Shown here: positions 10,051 to 19,496 of the stretch, piece after piece
How the letters are laid out: each line of letters begins with the position of its first letter
How positions within the stretch are numbered: the stretch's first letter is position 1
Assembly: GCA_947571115.1 (NCBI GenBank)
Contig: CANOWW010000005.1
Coordinates: 28,201 to 92,200, forward strand
Length of the DNA: 64,000 nucleotides
Direction of reading: 5' to 3'
Origin: an uncultured Clostridium sp.
GTDB taxonomy: Bacteria; Bacillota; Clostridia; TANB77; CAG-508
Notes under the pieces: generated by a model
What the model was told of the DNA's origin: nothing
The model's database searches: none
Seen by the model: only the letters and a program-made list of their open reading frames with translations
Made by a program: the position numbers and the translations under genes

Positions 10051-10154
10051 ATATTTTCCCCTCTATTTTATTCCTACGTAATTTTATGAAGTTATTATAT
10101 CATTAAAAAAATTTTTTGTATATGTTTTTTTCAAAATTTATTTTCTGCAATAAC

Positions 10155-10210
10155 AAAAGAGAGTATATCTATTACCTCTACTCTCAAAAATAATAGATAT
10201 ACTCTCTTTT
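10155..10210 (-). terminator. Long hairpin terminator downstream of the 10255-10857 gene
   Basis: 20-nt arms AAAAGAGAGTATATCTATTA / TAATAGATATACTCTCTTTT with a 16-nt loop, followed by a T-run on the minus strand. Confidence 0.6.
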
Positions 10211-10254
10211 TCTCGATATTATCAACTAGATTTAGTTATGGTTTTAATTTCATT

Positions 10255-10857
10255 TTACCTGTTTTTTAGCTTAAAAATGTCATTTTGACAGACTTCCATT
10301 TTCAATTCTGTTCGGTTCATTCTTTCCTCTAAATCATGCATTTTTTCACTTCTCTCAACATTTTTTTGATTGTCTAACAAAGCAGAATCTCCAATCGCAA
10401 CAATTCGATCTCCGTATTCACATTCAAATAAGAAAAACTGATCTAACATATCTTGTCTTAACTCTTCTATTTTAGAATTAAAATCATCTAACATCTGCTG
10501 CATTTTTACAATAAATATATCTGACAAAATCTTTAATTTAGCATCAAATGTATCAGATAAATTCTGTAATCTTGCATCAACACTATCCGACAATTTCTGT
10601 AACTTTACGTCAAAGCTATCTGATAAATTCTGCAACTTTACGTCAAAGCTATCTGATAAATTTTGCAGCTTTACGTCAAAGCTATTTGAGAATTCTTGAA
10701 ATTTAGCATCTAGTTTAGTATCTAACTTTTCGTCTAATAATTTTCCTATTTGTTTTTCTATCTTGTCATCCAACATTTGTCCTATTTGCTTTTCTATCTT
10801 GTCGTCTAACATTTGCCCAATTTTCACCAACAAATCTTCCATCTCATTCACCTCCAT
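10255..10857 (-). CDS. Coiled-coil protein with tandem 11-residue repeats, unknown function
   Basis: The ORF contains (FDVKLQNLSDS)n and a duplicated IGQMLDDKIEKQ. The C-terminal region appears non-repetitive. No family recognised. Confidence 0.55.
   Translation of the reverse strand: MEVNEMEDLLVKIGQMLDDKIEKQIGQMLDDKIEKQIGKLLDEKLDTKLDAKFQEFSNSFDVKLQNLSDSFDVKLQNLSDSFDVKLQKLSDSVDARLQNLSDTFDAKLKILSDIFIVKMQQMLDDFNSKIEELRQDMLDQFFLFECEYGDRIVAIGDSALLDNQKNVERSEKMHDLEERMNRTELKMEVCQNDIFKLKNR
10518..10715 (-). repeat. Six in-frame tandem 33-bp repeats inside the 10255-10857 CDS
   Basis: Units such as TATCTGATAAATTCTGCAACTTTACGTCAAAGC are repeated head to tail, and the central three copies are near-identical. 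These are coding repeats, not CRISPR. Confidence 0.8.
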
Positions 10858-10902
10858 TTCAATTTTATTTTCATTTATGCATATATCACGAATGTAGTTT
10901 CA

Positions 10903-11839
10903 CTATAACACATTTTTTTCATCTTGGCAAGCTTTTTGACAAATTTTTTTATTTTTTTCCCAATTCGGAACATACTGTTTTTCATTTTCTTCCAAAGTTT
11001 GAAAATAACCATTCTGAAAACCGCATTTTTCTACAAAATTCATCATTTCTTCATATTCCTCTTTTGTCAATTTTCGGTTAATATCTTCTCTTTCCAAGGC
11101 TTGATATGCAGGAAAATATTGTGCCATTATGCTCACATACACATTTGGATTTACATTTTTTCTAATCCACTTCAAAACCTGTTTTGTATTTTGCAAATGA
11201 TTGGGCAAAACCAAATGTCTAATCATGAGACCTTTTTGTATCATTCCACTTTCATCAAACTCTGGACTTCCCACTTGGCACTCCATTTCCTTTATCGCCT
11301 TTGTCGCCACTTCAAAATAATTTAAAATACCTGACAAATCTTTTGCCAAATCGTCATAATAATATTTCAAATCTGGCAAATACACATCTACATAACCTTC
11401 CAGCATTTGAAGTGTTTCCGTTTTCTCATAGCCACTTGAATTATACACAATCGGAATCACCAATCCTTTTGTTTTCGCCAATTTCAAACTCTCTACAATG
11501 AGCGGAACATAAATGCAACCTGTTACCAAATTAATATTATGAGCCCCTCTTTTTTGCAATTTCAAAAATTCATTAGCAAGTTCCTGACTCGTTACACTTC
11601 TACCACAACCAATTTGACTAATCTCATAATTCTGGCAAAACTGGCAATTCATATTACATCCCGTAAAAAACACTGCCCCCGAACCATTCGTCCCGCTAAT
11701 GCAAGGCTCTTCAAAAAAATGCAAATCAGCCAAAGATATCTTTATCTTATCATCTGATTTGCATCTTCCGTAAATCCCCTTTCATTCGATTAACTTTGCA
11801 CTCATGCGGACACAATGTACACTTCTCTAAAATTTGCAT
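10903..11839 (-). CDS. Radical SAM protein (PflA-type activase-like), joined across an in-frame CGG +1 site
   Basis: CNMNCQFCQNYEIS CxxxCxxC motif. The true N-terminus MQILEKCTLCPHECKVNRMKGDL(C)GRCKSDDKIKISLADLHFFEEPCISG starts at ATG 11837-11839, where the RBS is GGGAGTG. Length is 3n+1. Confidence 0.75.
11768..11770 (-). other. In-frame CGG / +1 recoding site (radical SAM)
   Basis: GAT TTA CGG AAG ATG; the frame resumes at GGA, giving LGRCK. Confidence 0.7.
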
Positions 11840-11864
11840 TTTTTCACTCCCAACGTTCAATATT

Positions 11865-11895
11865 TTGAACTATTAAAGAATCTTTAATAGTTCAA
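11865..11895. repeat. REP-like perfect palindrome, copy 2 (TTGAACTATTAAAG-AAT-CTTTAATAGTTCAA)
   Basis: 14-bp arms. It lies 11 nt after the stop of 11906-12358 and 25 nt upstream of the radical SAM ATG. Confidence 0.85.
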
Positions 11896-11905
11896 ATTAA
11901 TAAAT

Positions 11906-12358
11906 TTATTTATTTTTCTTTTGACTTTTATTAAATAAATTTTTAATTCGATTGAAAATTTTTCTAAATATTGAAACTCTGTACGTCGCCAATTCTATTC
12001 CTGTTATTTCTTCCTTCTTTACTTCAACATCTTTCCTAAATAGATTATCTAACTGATATTTTTCTTGGAGTTTTTTCTGCATTCTTTCATCATTTTTTGT
12101 ATACTGTTTCACTAATTTCTGTTTTTCTTTTTCATCACTCCAATATTGCAAATTCAAATAAGCAATAAAATTCATTGTATCTTTTTCAATTCCTTGCTTC
12201 TCAATTGGTTGATTAACATCAAATTGAACAAAATTCTCTTTATTTCTTTCGTTTGAAATATGTTCATATAATTTGGAAGGCAATTTATCAATATAATCAT
12301 TTCCTAAAATACTCAATATTTCATATACTTCACTATAAACATCTGCCAACTTACTCAT
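11906..12358 (-). CDS. Hypothetical protein (150 aa)
   Basis: ORF whose start overlaps the upstream stop (ATGA-type). K/E-rich with a basic amphipathic C-terminus (IFRKIFNRIKNLFNK). No family recognised. Confidence 0.45.
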   Translation of the reverse strand: MSKLADVYSEVYEILSILGNDYIDKLPSKLYEHISNERNKENFVQFDVNQPIEKQGIEKDTMNFIAYLNLQYWSDEKEKQKLVKQYTKNDERMQKKLQEKYQLDNLFRKDVEVKKEEITGIELATYRVSIFRKIFNRIKNLFNKSQKKNK

Positions 12359-12567
12359 TGTTTATACTCACTTTCAACCGATTTCTCTTTTGCCTGAAAT
12401 AAACTTTTAATTCGTGTTAGAAAAGCATTCATCACACTAATTCCAATCGTTTCATCATTTACAATTTCACTTAAAAAGTAACTTCCTGCACTTTTCACTA
12501 CCTCTTTTCTCTGACGAAATCTATTTTCAAATTCTTCAAACTGCCCTCGTTCTTCCTCCAATTTCAA
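12355..12567 (-). CDS. Hypothetical small protein (70 aa)
   Basis: ORF tightly packed between the HD-domain gene and the 150-aa gene. Its C-terminus FLTRIKSLFQAKEK resembles the tail of its neighbour. Confidence 0.4.
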   Translation of the reverse strand: MKLEEERGQFEEFENRFRQRKEVVKSAGSYFLSEIVNDETIGISVMNAFLTRIKSLFQAKEKSVESEYKQ

Positions 12568-12570
12568 AAA

Positions 12571-14493
12571 TTACTCTATTTCAAAAATCTGTTTTTCAAT
12601 ATCCAAAATCTCCAAAACTTTATTATATGCCTCATAAGCTAATCCTTCTAACGTTCGACTACTCGCATTATACAATCTTGACACATTCAAACCTTCCCTA
12701 GGATTTTTTCCCATCGGATCCAATCTTACTCGATCTAATTTATCAATATCTTTAAACCTTTGTAACAAGTCCCATTTATGACTTGACTCCTCTTTAGGAA
12801 GTTTTCTCAAAACTTCACGATTGTTTTCAAAACTCTTAGAATGCTCTTTGATAACAAACTCAATTAACTCTTTTTCCTCTTCTGTAAATTCCTCTAGCCT
12901 CTCTGGATTTTCCTTTAATTTTTGAACACTTTTCTCTCCATGCTCAGAATCTTCCCAATCATTTTCTCTACCAATATCGTGATTTTTTACAATTGCTCTC
13001 ATCATTTTTTGATCCCTTTCAGACATCCAGCCTACATTCATTAAAGCTGTTAATAAAAAGTTTACTCTTCTCGTATGTGAAACGCCATGAAGTTCACTCC
13101 CATATTGCAATCCATCTTGTACAATTTCCTCATCACTTTTTAACAACTCATTCATCTTATCGTTAGGTATTAAATAATTTTCAAAAAAACTTTTTAATTC
13201 TCCTTTGGGAACCCCCTTTTTTCTAACATATTCTCTTTGAAATATCGCCTCTTCCTTTTCTCGTAAATGACTTTTTATTTCCTCTAAATTTTGTTTATCT
13301 GCTGTTTGATATTGCGCCTGCATAACATTCGCTTTTTCTAAATATTGATTTTGTATGTTTTGTTTTCTTACTAAATACGTTTCATTTAATTCGTCTAAAT
13401 CCCTATTATACTCAATATCATCAATAATACTACTCAATTGCTGTACACTCGCTTCTCCTTGATTTTCACAAGTATCATAATGAATTAACTGTCCTATTTT
13501 AGCTCCTTTTGATTTTGCATATAATTGCTTCAACTCAAAAGCGTCCATGACATCCACAATAGCAAAAGAATCCTCTGGAATAAATTGTCTTAATGTTGCT
13601 AAATCTTTCAATTCATTATCTTCAGCTTTATATCCACTTTGCGAGAAAAAATTTTTTACACTACCCAAATATTTACTATCGATATATTCCTTTAAAATGG
13701 AAGTTTGCTTCTCATTATATACTCTATTAGACACTGGAATATCCTTTATATCTGCTAAATTTATCATCGCAAAACTAGGTGGCAATGTACAATAAGTTTT
13801 TGCCACTTCCTCTGCATATTCTTTATATTGTTTTGTCATCTCATCTGGAATCCCAGTCTTCATCCTATCTTGTAACACTTTTCTAAAAAAAGTATTCTTT
13901 TTCTCACCAATAATAATTGATTTCTTTTCTTGTACAGGATTTCCATCTCCATATACTTTTAATGGTCCTGCAAACAATCTCTCTGGCGAAGCCTTTAATG
14001 CATAAGAAAAAGTTTCTTCTCCTGGTGAAGTCAAAAAAATTTGCTCTTCATTACTATTCTTACTCTCTTGATATTGCAAATAATTACTTTCTCCAAAAAG
14101 CTTTTCTAATGCATTCAGTGCATTTCTTCTTTTTTCTTTTTGAACTTTCTCGCCCTCTGACAACTTTTGACTATAATCAAAACCATATTTTTCGATAATT
14201 TCTTTTTGATATCCATTAAAAGAATGTGTCATAACTCCGTTTTCAATTAAATTTTCTTGATACCTTCCTTTTAGCTGACTTTGAGCTATTTTATCATACA
14301 TTTTTTCTATTTTTGGATAAGGATAATCGGTGTCCTCATATCCTGTAGCAATATAATAGCATAAAATTTTTGACATCTTTCTAATCAATGCATCTATACT
14401 AAACTTTTCCTCGTCTGCCATTAAAGTTGCCATAAATTTTTTATTTGTAAACAATTTATTTAAGATTTCACTCAGCTCTTTTGCACGATTCAT
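12571..14493 (-). CDS. HD-domain protein with a large uncharacterised N-terminal region (640 aa)
   Basis: The C-terminal HGVSHTRRV...KNHDIGRE...H...DKLDRVR arrangement fits the HD phosphohydrolase H..HD..D pattern. The N-terminal ~450 aa has no motif I recognise. The region is very AT-rich. Confidence 0.55.
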   Translation of the reverse strand: MNRAKELSEILNKLFTNKKFMATLMADEEKFSIDALIRKMSKILCYYIATGYEDTDYPYPKIEKMYDKIAQSQLKGRYQENLIENGVMTHSFNGYQKEIIEKYGFDYSQKLSEGEKVQKEKRRNALNALEKLFGESNYLQYQESKNSNEEQIFLTSPGEETFSYALKASPERLFAGPLKVYGDGNPVQEKKSIIIGEKKNTFFRKVLQDRMKTGIPDEMTKQYKEYAEEVAKTYCTLPPSFAMINLADIKDIPVSNRVYNEKQTSILKEYIDSKYLGSVKNFFSQSGYKAEDNELKDLATLRQFIPEDSFAIVDVMDAFELKQLYAKSKGAKIGQLIHYDTCENQGEASVQQLSSIIDDIEYNRDLDELNETYLVRKQNIQNQYLEKANVMQAQYQTADKQNLEEIKSHLREKEEAIFQREYVRKKGVPKGELKSFFENYLIPNDKMNELLKSDEEIVQDGLQYGSELHGVSHTRRVNFLLTALMNVGWMSERDQKMMRAIVKNHDIGRENDWEDSEHGEKSVQKLKENPERLEEFTEEEKELIEFVIKEHSKSFENNREVLRKLPKEESSHKWDLLQRFKDIDKLDRVRLDPMGKNPREGLNVSRLYNASSRTLEGLAYEAYNKVLEILDIEKQIFEIE

Positions 14494-14637
14494 CTATTAT
14501 CTCCTATTATTCTTTCACAAATAACTAAATTTCATATCCATTTTCTTTTAATACTTCAAATGCTTGCTGTAACTTTTCATCTGGTTTTAAACAAATCACT
14601 TGATATTTATCATCCAAAACACATTTTATCTATATTT

Positions 14638-14973
14638 TTAATTCAACACATCTTTAATCGCTTCGCCTATGATTTTATTGACATCTGCAATCATGACATT
14701 AAAGCGTACTTCCTTATCAAAATAATCTTTGACTTTTGGATTTTGCACCAAAATCTTGTACAATTCTTGCAACTTTTGCATTTTTTCTTCGCTCTGCTTT
14801 TCGCCTTGCATCGCCAAAAGCTGCTCCTCATAACGAATTTTCTCAAACTCTTCTACTTGTTCTTTTAACTTCAAATCCACAAACAACTCTTGTTTCAAAG
14901 TCTTATATTCTTGATATTCTTTTGAATCCTTGATTGCCTTTGCCAAACGATTGGCATTATCATACACTTCCAT
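14638..14973 (-). CDS. YlbF/YmcA family protein
   Basis: MEVYDNANRLAKAIKDSKEYQEYKTLKQEL... is the typical YlbF-like helical protein. ATG at 14971-14973 with a GGAG RBS. Confidence 0.7.
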   Translation of the reverse strand: MEVYDNANRLAKAIKDSKEYQEYKTLKQELFVDLKLKEQVEEFEKIRYEEQLLAMQGEKQSEEKMQKLQELYKILVQNPKVKDYFDKEVRFNVMIADVNKIIGEAIKDVLN

Positions 14974-15022
14974 ATCAAAATTCTCCTTCTCTTTTATCAA
15001 ACGCACCCTCGCGCGGGCACAA

Positions 15023-16612
15023 TCAAGCATATATCATATAATCAATTTCTGGAAAAATGTCGTCTTTTTCAAACACATCTAACAAAAATTGGGCATCAAT
15101 TTTATCTTTTTTTATTTGATAATATAACTTTGTAAATCTGCCAATATGCTCTTTAATCGCCTTATGCGCATATTCCACCATCGTTCCATTCGTAATAATA
15201 AACAACCAATCACTGCTTTGCGCCAACAGTAACTCGCGTGCGCACTGGTTTAATGCCTGACGACGCAGTGTATCTCCCTCATTGGGATACAAATAGGCTA
15301 GTTCACACATGCGGTCTCCTGCTTTGTGCAAATGACGGTGCGCATAATCATTGGTTTGATTTAGCCAAACTTCGCTATAACCATTTGCCCCCCAACTTGA
15401 ACGACACGGCGTAGACACCTGAATATTAGGATGTCTATCAATATAATCACTTGGCGTAATCAGCTCAAAATTACACTCATCATAATAAATTTTCTTAAAC
15501 AAAATATACAACCAATACGGTCCTTCGTACCACCAATGCCCATACAATTCCGCATCATAAGGGCAGGTAATAATCGGCGGGACACCCATGTAACTTGCCA
15601 AACTTTCAATCTGCTTAGTTCTGCAATCCATAAAATGTCCAGCTTGCTTTTCTGCTGAATCTTTCGCCCACTGAACGTCGTAATAATCCTTTTGGTCCGT
15701 TTTTCCTGTAATTCTGTGGTATTTGATGCCAGTATTCACACGCACGCCATTGCACGCTATGTATGGCTTGATGTAATCGTACTCCGCCTCATAGCCAATG
15801 TCACGGTAAAATTCGCGATAATTAAAATCGCCCGGATAGCCGGAAATCAAGCTCCACACTTGCCTTGAAGATTCTAAATCACGTGCAAAAGCAACCACAT
15901 TGTTTGGCGAAACAATCGGAGCATAAGTCCCATAAATCGGCGCAGGACTTCCGTATAAAACGCCATGTGTTTCGGTAATGATAAACTCAATTCCAAATTC
16001 GCGCAAATACTTGTCAGCTTCCGGCACATACCCACATTCTGGAAGCCAAATGCCACGTGGTTTTCTACCAAAAAATTTCTCATAGGTTTGCACACCAACT
16101 CCAATTTGCGCACGCACCGTTTTTTCGTTCACATACAAAATTGGAAAATAGCCATGTGTGGCACCACATGTGATAATTTCCAAAAATCCAGCATCTTGAA
16201 AATGCTTAAAACCCTGAATGATATTGCATTCATACACATCTTGAAAAACATGTAAATCATTCGTGTAGCGTTCTAAATAATAATGTGACAGACGATTTAA
16301 ACGTTCGTCATATTTTGTTCTCACGACTTCTTTTTCGCACAGCTCAATATGCTTTTTCAAATATTTGATATAACGATTTTGCAATAATTGATTATCAAGC
16401 ATATTCAAAAGCGGAGGCGTCATGGTCATTGTTAAACGAAACTTCACGCCTTCTTCTTCCAACTTTTGAAAATTCAACAACAATGGTATATATGTTTCTG
16501 AAATAGCTTCAAACAGCCATTCTTCCTCTAAATAGTCCTCGCTTTCTGGGTGATGAATATAGGGAAGATGGGCATGCAATATGAAACTAACATAACCTTT
16601 TACATTTTTCAT
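15023..16612 (-). CDS. Glycoside hydrolase family 57 (1,4-alpha-glucan branching enzyme type)
   Basis: The N-terminus GYVSFILHAHLPYIHHPE and the overall GH57/DUF1957 pattern. Confidence 0.85.
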   Translation of the reverse strand: MKNVKGYVSFILHAHLPYIHHPESEDYLEEEWLFEAISETYIPLLLNFQKLEEEGVKFRLTMTMTPPLLNMLDNQLLQNRYIKYLKKHIELCEKEVVRTKYDERLNRLSHYYLERYTNDLHVFQDVYECNIIQGFKHFQDAGFLEIITCGATHGYFPILYVNEKTVRAQIGVGVQTYEKFFGRKPRGIWLPECGYVPEADKYLREFGIEFIITETHGVLYGSPAPIYGTYAPIVSPNNVVAFARDLESSRQVWSLISGYPGDFNYREFYRDIGYEAEYDYIKPYIACNGVRVNTGIKYHRITGKTDQKDYYDVQWAKDSAEKQAGHFMDCRTKQIESLASYMGVPPIITCPYDAELYGHWWYEGPYWLYILFKKIYYDECNFELITPSDYIDRHPNIQVSTPCRSSWGANGYSEVWLNQTNDYAHRHLHKAGDRMCELAYLYPNEGDTLRRQALNQCARELLLAQSSDWLFIITNGTMVEYAHKAIKEHIGRFTKLYYQIKKDKIDAQFLLDVFEKDDIFPEIDYMIYA

Positions 16613-16621
16613 AAAATCTCC

Positions 16622-17509
16622 TTATTTTGCAATACTGCTACTGGTTCCCATAGAGGAAGGATTGTGCAAATCAAATTTCTCGCCGTCTATTCCATTCTCA
16701 TATAATTTATCATACACTTTTTGCAATTCATTTTGGAATATCGTTTTTGTCAAGTCTTTTGTTTCTTCTTGATATGTTTTTACATTTCGGTACTTAACAT
16801 ATGGTTTAAATTCTTCAAATAGTATATGGTCATTAGGAACTTCTAATGTGTTGGAATTGGCAATCATTAAATAGTCATTTTTTAAGCTAATATTCGCTTC
16901 TTCTACTGTTGGATTGATTTGTGGTTTGACATAAGATTTGAATTTTCTTCCCAGTTGAATGGTATATACATCACGAGAATCTGAAATATCTAAATACCAA
17001 CTATTGGCAAAATCATTGATTGTAACTTCTCTTGTGTAATTTTTGTTTTCATTATGCACTAACAAAACAGGATACGTATCTTCAAAAAAGTGCTCGCCAA
17101 ATGCCTTCAAATATGTCTCTTTGTCTTTGTCTGAAATGTCCCAATACACAAATAATCGTTTGGGCGTTTGGGCTAAAATTTTCACAATTGTTTCATTATA
17201 ACGAAATGGCAAATCATAATATTCTAAAAGATAGCTAGGTTGTTTTTCTTGCTTTTGCTGCTTCTCTTTTTCTTCCTTTTTTTCTAGTTTTTCTTTTTCT
17301 TCCTCCTGACGTACCTTTTCCTGCATATCAATAATTTTAGAAATAAAATTTTTGATATTTTCAATCATTTTATTTTGGACACTTTTATTTTTTAATTTTT
17401 TACTTTTTTGGCTAACTTGCTTTTCTTTTTGTTTTATTTTTTCGTTTTTGTCAAGTTTTTTCTTTCCGCTTTTTTTTTCTATTTCTTCTGTATTTTTTGC
17501 CATTTCCAT
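16622..17509 (-). CDS. DUF4912 domain protein with a K/E-rich N-terminus
   Basis: The YDLPFRYNETIVKILAQTPKRLFVYWDISD motif. This family is commonly adjacent to GH57 branching enzymes. Confidence 0.65.
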   Translation of the reverse strand: MEMAKNTEEIEKKSGKKKLDKNEKIKQKEKQVSQKSKKLKNKSVQNKMIENIKNFISKIIDMQEKVRQEEEKEKLEKKEEKEKQQKQEKQPSYLLEYYDLPFRYNETIVKILAQTPKRLFVYWDISDKDKETYLKAFGEHFFEDTYPVLLVHNENKNYTREVTINDFANSWYLDISDSRDVYTIQLGRKFKSYVKPQINPTVEEANISLKNDYLMIANSNTLEVPNDHILFEEFKPYVKYRNVKTYQEETKDLTKTIFQNELQKVYDKLYENGIDGEKFDLHNPSSMGTSSSIAK

Positions 17510-17805
17510 TCCTCCTTTGTAGCGCTTAAAAAATCTGGGAAAATTTTCATACCATCTATTTTTTCGACATTCAAAATCTTTTCACGTTTCTTAAACAATT
17601 ACTATATATTATATCTAAAATAAAAAAAAAATCAATATAAAAAAACAAATTTTTGAAAAAATTATCATATTTTGTTTTTTTAAAAAAATTTTTTGACTTT
17701 TTTGCAAAAAAATGTTTACTTTTTCAATGTTTTTTTATACAATAATAATAAAGAAAAAAACTTGACAAAAACATACAAATGAAATTTTGAAAGGAGCACA
17801 AATTT

Positions 17806-19095
17806 ATGAAAATTTTAATGCTATCATGGGAATATCCACCACGCGTTGTAGGAGGGCTTGCAAGAGTTGTGCATGATTTGTCACATCGTTTATACCAAGA
17901 TGGGCATGAAGTCACAGTTGTAACTTACCGTGACGGCGACATTCCTTATTTTGAAGATGACAAAGGTGTACAAGTTCACAGGGTTGACAACTTCATGATC
18001 CACCCAAACAACTTTATTGATTGGATTATGCAATTAAATTTTAATATGGTGGCAAAAACGCAAGAATTAATCGCTAAAGGAGAAAAATTTGATGTTGTAC
18101 ATGCCCATGATTGGCTTACAGCCTATGCCGCAAAAACGCTCAAAACAGCAAATGGAATCCCCTTAGTTTCTACCATTCATGCGACTGAAGCAGGCAGAAA
18201 CAGTGGTATTAACGGAGAAACGCAAAAATATATTAATGATACAGAATGGATGCTCACTTTCGAATCTTCTGAAGTCATTGTCAATAGTAATTATATGAAA
18301 AACGAATTGCAAAGGCTTTTTGGTTTACCTTATGAAAAAATCAATGTTGTTCCAAATGGTGTCAACATTAGTTTGTTTAATGATGTTGAACGTGATTATG
18401 ATTTTAGACGTCAATATGCGATGGACAATGAAAAAATTATTTTGTTTATGGGACGTCTCGTTTACGAAAAAGGAATTCAACATTTAATTGCTGCTATGCC
18501 AAAAGTTTTGCAGCATTATCATGATAGCAAATTAGTGATTTGTGGAAAAGGTGGCATGATTGATGAGCTTCGCAACCAAGCAAATGCCCTAGGTTTAGGA
18601 AACAAAGTATATTTTGCAGGTTATATGAATTCCAAAAATGTACAAAAAATCTATAAATGCGCTGATGTTGCCGTGTTCCCTAGTACATATGAACCTTTTG
18701 GTATTGTTGCCTTAGAAGGAATGCTTTCTGGTACACCAGTGGTTGTCTCAGATATTGGCGGTTTGAATGAAATTGTTGACCATGGCATCAACGGAATGAA
18801 AAGTTATACGGGAAATCCAAACTCGCTTGCAGATTCGATTTTGACGTTATTATTTGACCAAAAATTATGTGAAACGGTTACAAAAAATGCCATTAGTAAA
18901 GTCAAAAAAGATTATAATTGGCAAAAAATTGCACAAGATACGCATTTTACCTATCAAAAAGCAATTTCTGAAACAATGGCAGAACGTCATGCAAAGCAAG
19001 TGGCTCAGCAACAAGCCCAAAAACAGTTGAAAAAATCAAAAGAATTTGCCAATCTTTTACCTTTCCGAAAAGGTCAAGAAATTTTGGCTCAATAG
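17806..19095 (+). CDS. GT4 family glycosyltransferase (glycogen-synthase-like)
   Basis: MKILMLSWEYPPRVVGGLARVVHDLS plus a C-terminal EPFGIVALEGM motif. RBS is AAAGGAG. Confidence 0.85.
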   Translation: MKILMLSWEYPPRVVGGLARVVHDLSHRLYQDGHEVTVVTYRDGDIPYFEDDKGVQVHRVDNFMIHPNNFIDWIMQLNFNMVAKTQELIAKGEKFDVVHAHDWLTAYAAKTLKTANGIPLVSTIHATEAGRNSGINGETQKYINDTEWMLTFESSEVIVNSNYMKNELQRLFGLPYEKINVVPNGVNISLFNDVERDYDFRRQYAMDNEKIILFMGRLVYEKGIQHLIAAMPKVLQHYHDSKLVICGKGGMIDELRNQANALGLGNKVYFAGYMNSKNVQKIYKCADVAVFPSTYEPFGIVALEGMLSGTPVVVSDIGGLNEIVDHGINGMKSYTGNPNSLADSILTLLFDQKLCETVTKNAISKVKKDYNWQKIAQDTHFTYQKAISETMAERHAKQVAQQQAQKQLKKSKEFANLLPFRKGQEILAQ

Positions 19096-19102
19096 AAATT
19101 AT

Positions 19103-19136
19103 AAAAAGCAAATACTTTAAAAGTATTTGCTTTTTT
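19103..19136 (+). terminator. Rho-independent terminator after the GT4 gene
   Basis: AAAAAGCAAATACTT-TAA-AAGTATTTGCTTTTTT. Confidence 0.7.
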
Positions 19137-19141
19137 GAGCT

Positions 19142-19379
19142 TTACAAAATTTTAATCAATTCTCCCAAATCCTTCCCCACTTTTTCTGGAACTTTTAAAA
19201 TTTCAAATTTGGAAACTTTATCTCCAAATTTAATTTCAATAATATCCCCTACTTTCACATCATAACTTGGCTTTACTGTTTTTCCGATTGACTGCAATTC
19301 TTCCCATATCCGCAGCCTCATTTGCTACTGTCCTACGTTTTATCACTCGACTTACTTTTAAAAATTTATCTAATCTCAT
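19142..19379 (-). CDS. S4-domain RNA-binding protein (RqcP/YabO, Hsp15-like), joined across an in-frame CGG +1 site
   Basis: Own translation: [31 protein letters not shown](C)[47 protein letters not shown]. Missed by the ORF track because both halves are under 60 aa. Length is 3n+1. Confidence 0.7.
19284..19286 (-). other. In-frame CGG / +1 recoding site (S4-domain protein)
   Basis: GTC AAT CGG AAA AAC; the frame resumes at GGA, giving VNGKTV. Confidence 0.7.
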
Positions 19380-19496
19380 AACTTGCTCCTTTACTTTATT
19401 ATATCTTAGCCAATCATTACTTGTCAAGCCTATTCAGCAACTAAATAATATAAGGTTAGCTTACTTTTGTTGGGCCAACCTTACACTTCTCGATCT

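Noticed and set aside
8207-10081. Plus-strand ORFs antisense to mutL (8207-8677, 9590-10081 and others). Similar antisense ORFs occur inside ftsH, lysS, priA, TrkH and the 1248-aa gene.
   Set aside because: They are S/F/I-rich antisense translations typical of AT-rich genomes. They carry no motifs or start signals, and every one is embedded in a well-supported opposite-strand gene.
10518-10715. Possible CRISPR array suggested by regularly spaced 33-bp repeats
   Set aside because: The units are contiguous with no spacers. They are in frame within a CDS and encode an 11-residue protein repeat.
14521-14637. A 30-codon TTG-initiated reading frame (LDDKYQVICLKPDEKLQQAFEVLKENGYEI) between the HD-domain gene and ylbF
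   Set aside because: It looks protein-like but has no RBS, no ATG and no CGG site to link it to a neighbour. It is possibly a gene remnant, and it is too weak to call.
17510-17805. Divergent promoter region between the DUF4912 and GT4 genes, with several TTGAC-like boxes in A/T tracts
   Set aside because: There are multiple overlapping weak matches in extremely AT-rich sequence, and I could not single out a supported -35/-10 pair.
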